Assembly (NCBI RefSeq): GCF_000195955.2
Contig: NC_000962.3
Span: 3,750,001 to 3,782,000 of the forward strand
Direction of reading: 5' to 3'
DNA length: 32,000 nucleotides
Source: Mycobacterium tuberculosis H37Rv
GTDB lineage: Bacteria > Actinomycetota > Actinomycetes > Mycobacteriales > Mycobacteriaceae
Shown here piece after piece: positions 30,980 through 32,000 of this stretch (position 1 is its first letter; the number at the start of each line of letters is the position of its first letter). The position numbers were made by a program, and so were the translations under genes. The notes below the pieces were generated by a model, which did not search any database, was not told where the DNA came from, and was given only the letters and a program-made list of their open reading frames with translations.

Positions 30980-31412
30980 GTGGGCAGGCTACCGTTGGGC
31001 CATGAGCGTCGAACTGACACAAGAGGTTTCTGCCAGGCTCACGTCCGACCTTTACGGGTGGTTGACCACCGTCGCCCGATCGGGGCAGCCGGTTCCGCGG
31101 CTGGTGTGGTTCTACTTCGACGGGACCGACCTGACGGTGTACTCCATGCCTCAGGCGGCCAAGGTCGCCCACATCACCGCCCATCCGCAGGTCAGCCTGA
31201 ACCTGGACTCCGACGGCAACGGCGCCGGGATCATCGTGGTGGGCGGGACGGCGGCGGTGGTGGCCACCGATGTCGACTGCCGCGACGACGCGCCGTATTG
31301 GGCCAAGTACCGCGAGGATGCCGCGAAGTTCGGGCTGACCGAGGCGATCGCCGCCTACAGCACCCGGCTGAAGATCACCCCGACCCGGGTGTGGACGACG
31401 CCCACGGGCTGA
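30978..31412 (+). CDS. PNPOx-like split-barrel (F420/flavin-type) protein, 144 aa; alternative ATG at 31002 gives 136 aa
   Basis: MSVELTQEVSARLTSDLYGWLTTVARSGQPVPRLVWFYFDGTDLTVYSMPQAAKVAHITAHPQVSLNLDSDGNGAGIIVVGGTAAV. Confidence 0.88.
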   Translation: MWAGYRWAMSVELTQEVSARLTSDLYGWLTTVARSGQPVPRLVWFYFDGTDLTVYSMPQAAKVAHITAHPQVSLNLDSDGNGAGIIVVGGTAAVVATDVDCRDDAPYWAKYREDAAKFGLTEAIAAYSTRLKITPTRVWTTPTG

Positions 31413-31500
31413 GCGGGCTGGCCCCCGCTCGCCGCCAGAGTGAAATCCACGACGCGTTTGCGGCGTGTCGCGTCGCCCGTTTCACTGTCGGCGCAGAGGT

Positions 31501-32000
31501 TCACCGGAAGTCGCGCGAGCGCGCGCCGACCGCCAGGGTGAGGCGGCCCATCCGTTCGGCGACGACGGTGATTGCGCCGCTGGCGTTTTGGACCTGGCCG
31601 CGGATCAGCAGCGCCGGCGCCGTGTGCGCGAGCTTGCGGTGTCGCGCCCACACCCCGGGCGTGCAGAGCACGTTGACCATCCCGGTCTCGTCTTCGAGGT
31701 TGATGAACGTCACCCCCTGGGCCGTGGCGGGTCGCTGCCGATGAGTCACCGCGCCGGCGATCAGCACGCGGTCGCCGTCGGACACCGATCCCAGCCTCTC
31801 GGCGGGCAGCACCCCCATCGCGTCCAGGTCCGCCCGCAGGAACTGGGTCGGATAGCTGTCCGGGGAGACGCCGGTGGCCCACACGTCGGCGGCGGCCAGC
31901 TCCAGCTCGCTCATCCCCGGCAGCGCCGGGATGTGCGACGACGAGCCCACCCCGGGTAACCGGTCCGGCCGGCCCGTGGCCGCGGCCCCGGCCGCCCACA
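31501..32000 (-). CDS. dnaE2: Error-prone DNA polymerase III alpha subunit DnaE2/ImuC, C-terminal part (5' part outside window)
   Basis: LAAADVWATGVSPDSYPTQFLRADLDAMGVLPAERLGSVSDGDRVLIAGAVTHRQRPATAQGVTFINLEDETGMVNVLCTPGVWARHRKLAHTAPALLIRGQVQNASGAITVVAERM (OB-fold). Frame open to the right edge. Confidence 0.92.
   Translation of the reverse strand, partial: WAAGAAATGRPDRLPGVGSSSHIPALPGMSELELAAADVWATGVSPDSYPTQFLRADLDAMGVLPAERLGSVSDGDRVLIAGAVTHRQRPATAQGVTFINLEDETGMVNVLCTPGVWARHRKLAHTAPALLIRGQVQNASGAITVVAERMGRLTLAVGARSRDFR

Noticed and set aside
1-32000. Search for tRNA, rRNA, phage, defence islands or secretion clusters
   Set aside because: No cloverleaf with TTCGANNC context, rRNA-like stretch, restriction/Abi/CBASS-type domain or integrase was recognised. 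Only the relJK TA pair and IS relics qualify as accessory elements.

Overview
GC-rich window that I recognise as Mycobacterium tuberculosis complex. The gene order matches the Rv3347c-Rv3370c region of H37Rv; this is recalled from memory, not searched. Left half: the 5' part of a giant PPE-MPTR gene (PPE55-like, minus strand, running off the left edge). Next comes a small graveyard of decayed insertion sequences: an IS110-family remnant on + and a multiply frameshifted ISL3-family transposase on -. Then a complete 3716-codon PPE-MPTR gene (PPE56-like, minus). Right half: a three-piece decayed FAD-linked (berberine-bridge-like) oxidoreductase; a secreted DUF732 protein; a DUF3017-like membrane protein; folD; a RelJ/RelK (YefM/YoeB-type) toxin-antitoxin pair; an Old-Yellow-Enzyme-family oxidoreductase; a small FHA-like protein; and a tight five-gene conservon operon (sensor kinase, Roadblock, DUF742, GTPase, pentapeptide-repeat gyrase-binding MfpA). 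It ends with a SpoU/TrmL-like methyltransferase, a PE_PGRS gene, a nitroreductase-like protein, a PNPOx-like F420/flavin-type protein and the 3' end of dnaE2. I found no convincing wholly new system. The most interesting items are: (i) a coaxial nested dyad with four phased GTAC cores between folD and relJ; (ii) an FHA-like protein that has lost three canonical phosphothreonine-binding residues and converges on mfpA with stop codons overlapping in CTAG; (iii) a regular ~1.75-1.80 kb higher-order module inside PPE56; (iv) an exact 193-bp identity between the PPE55 and PPE56 5' ends; (v) IS110 remnant flanking sequence with a hairpin that may be a bridge-RNA relic; (vi) a reconstructable oxidoreductase pseudogene with a decayed Tat motif.
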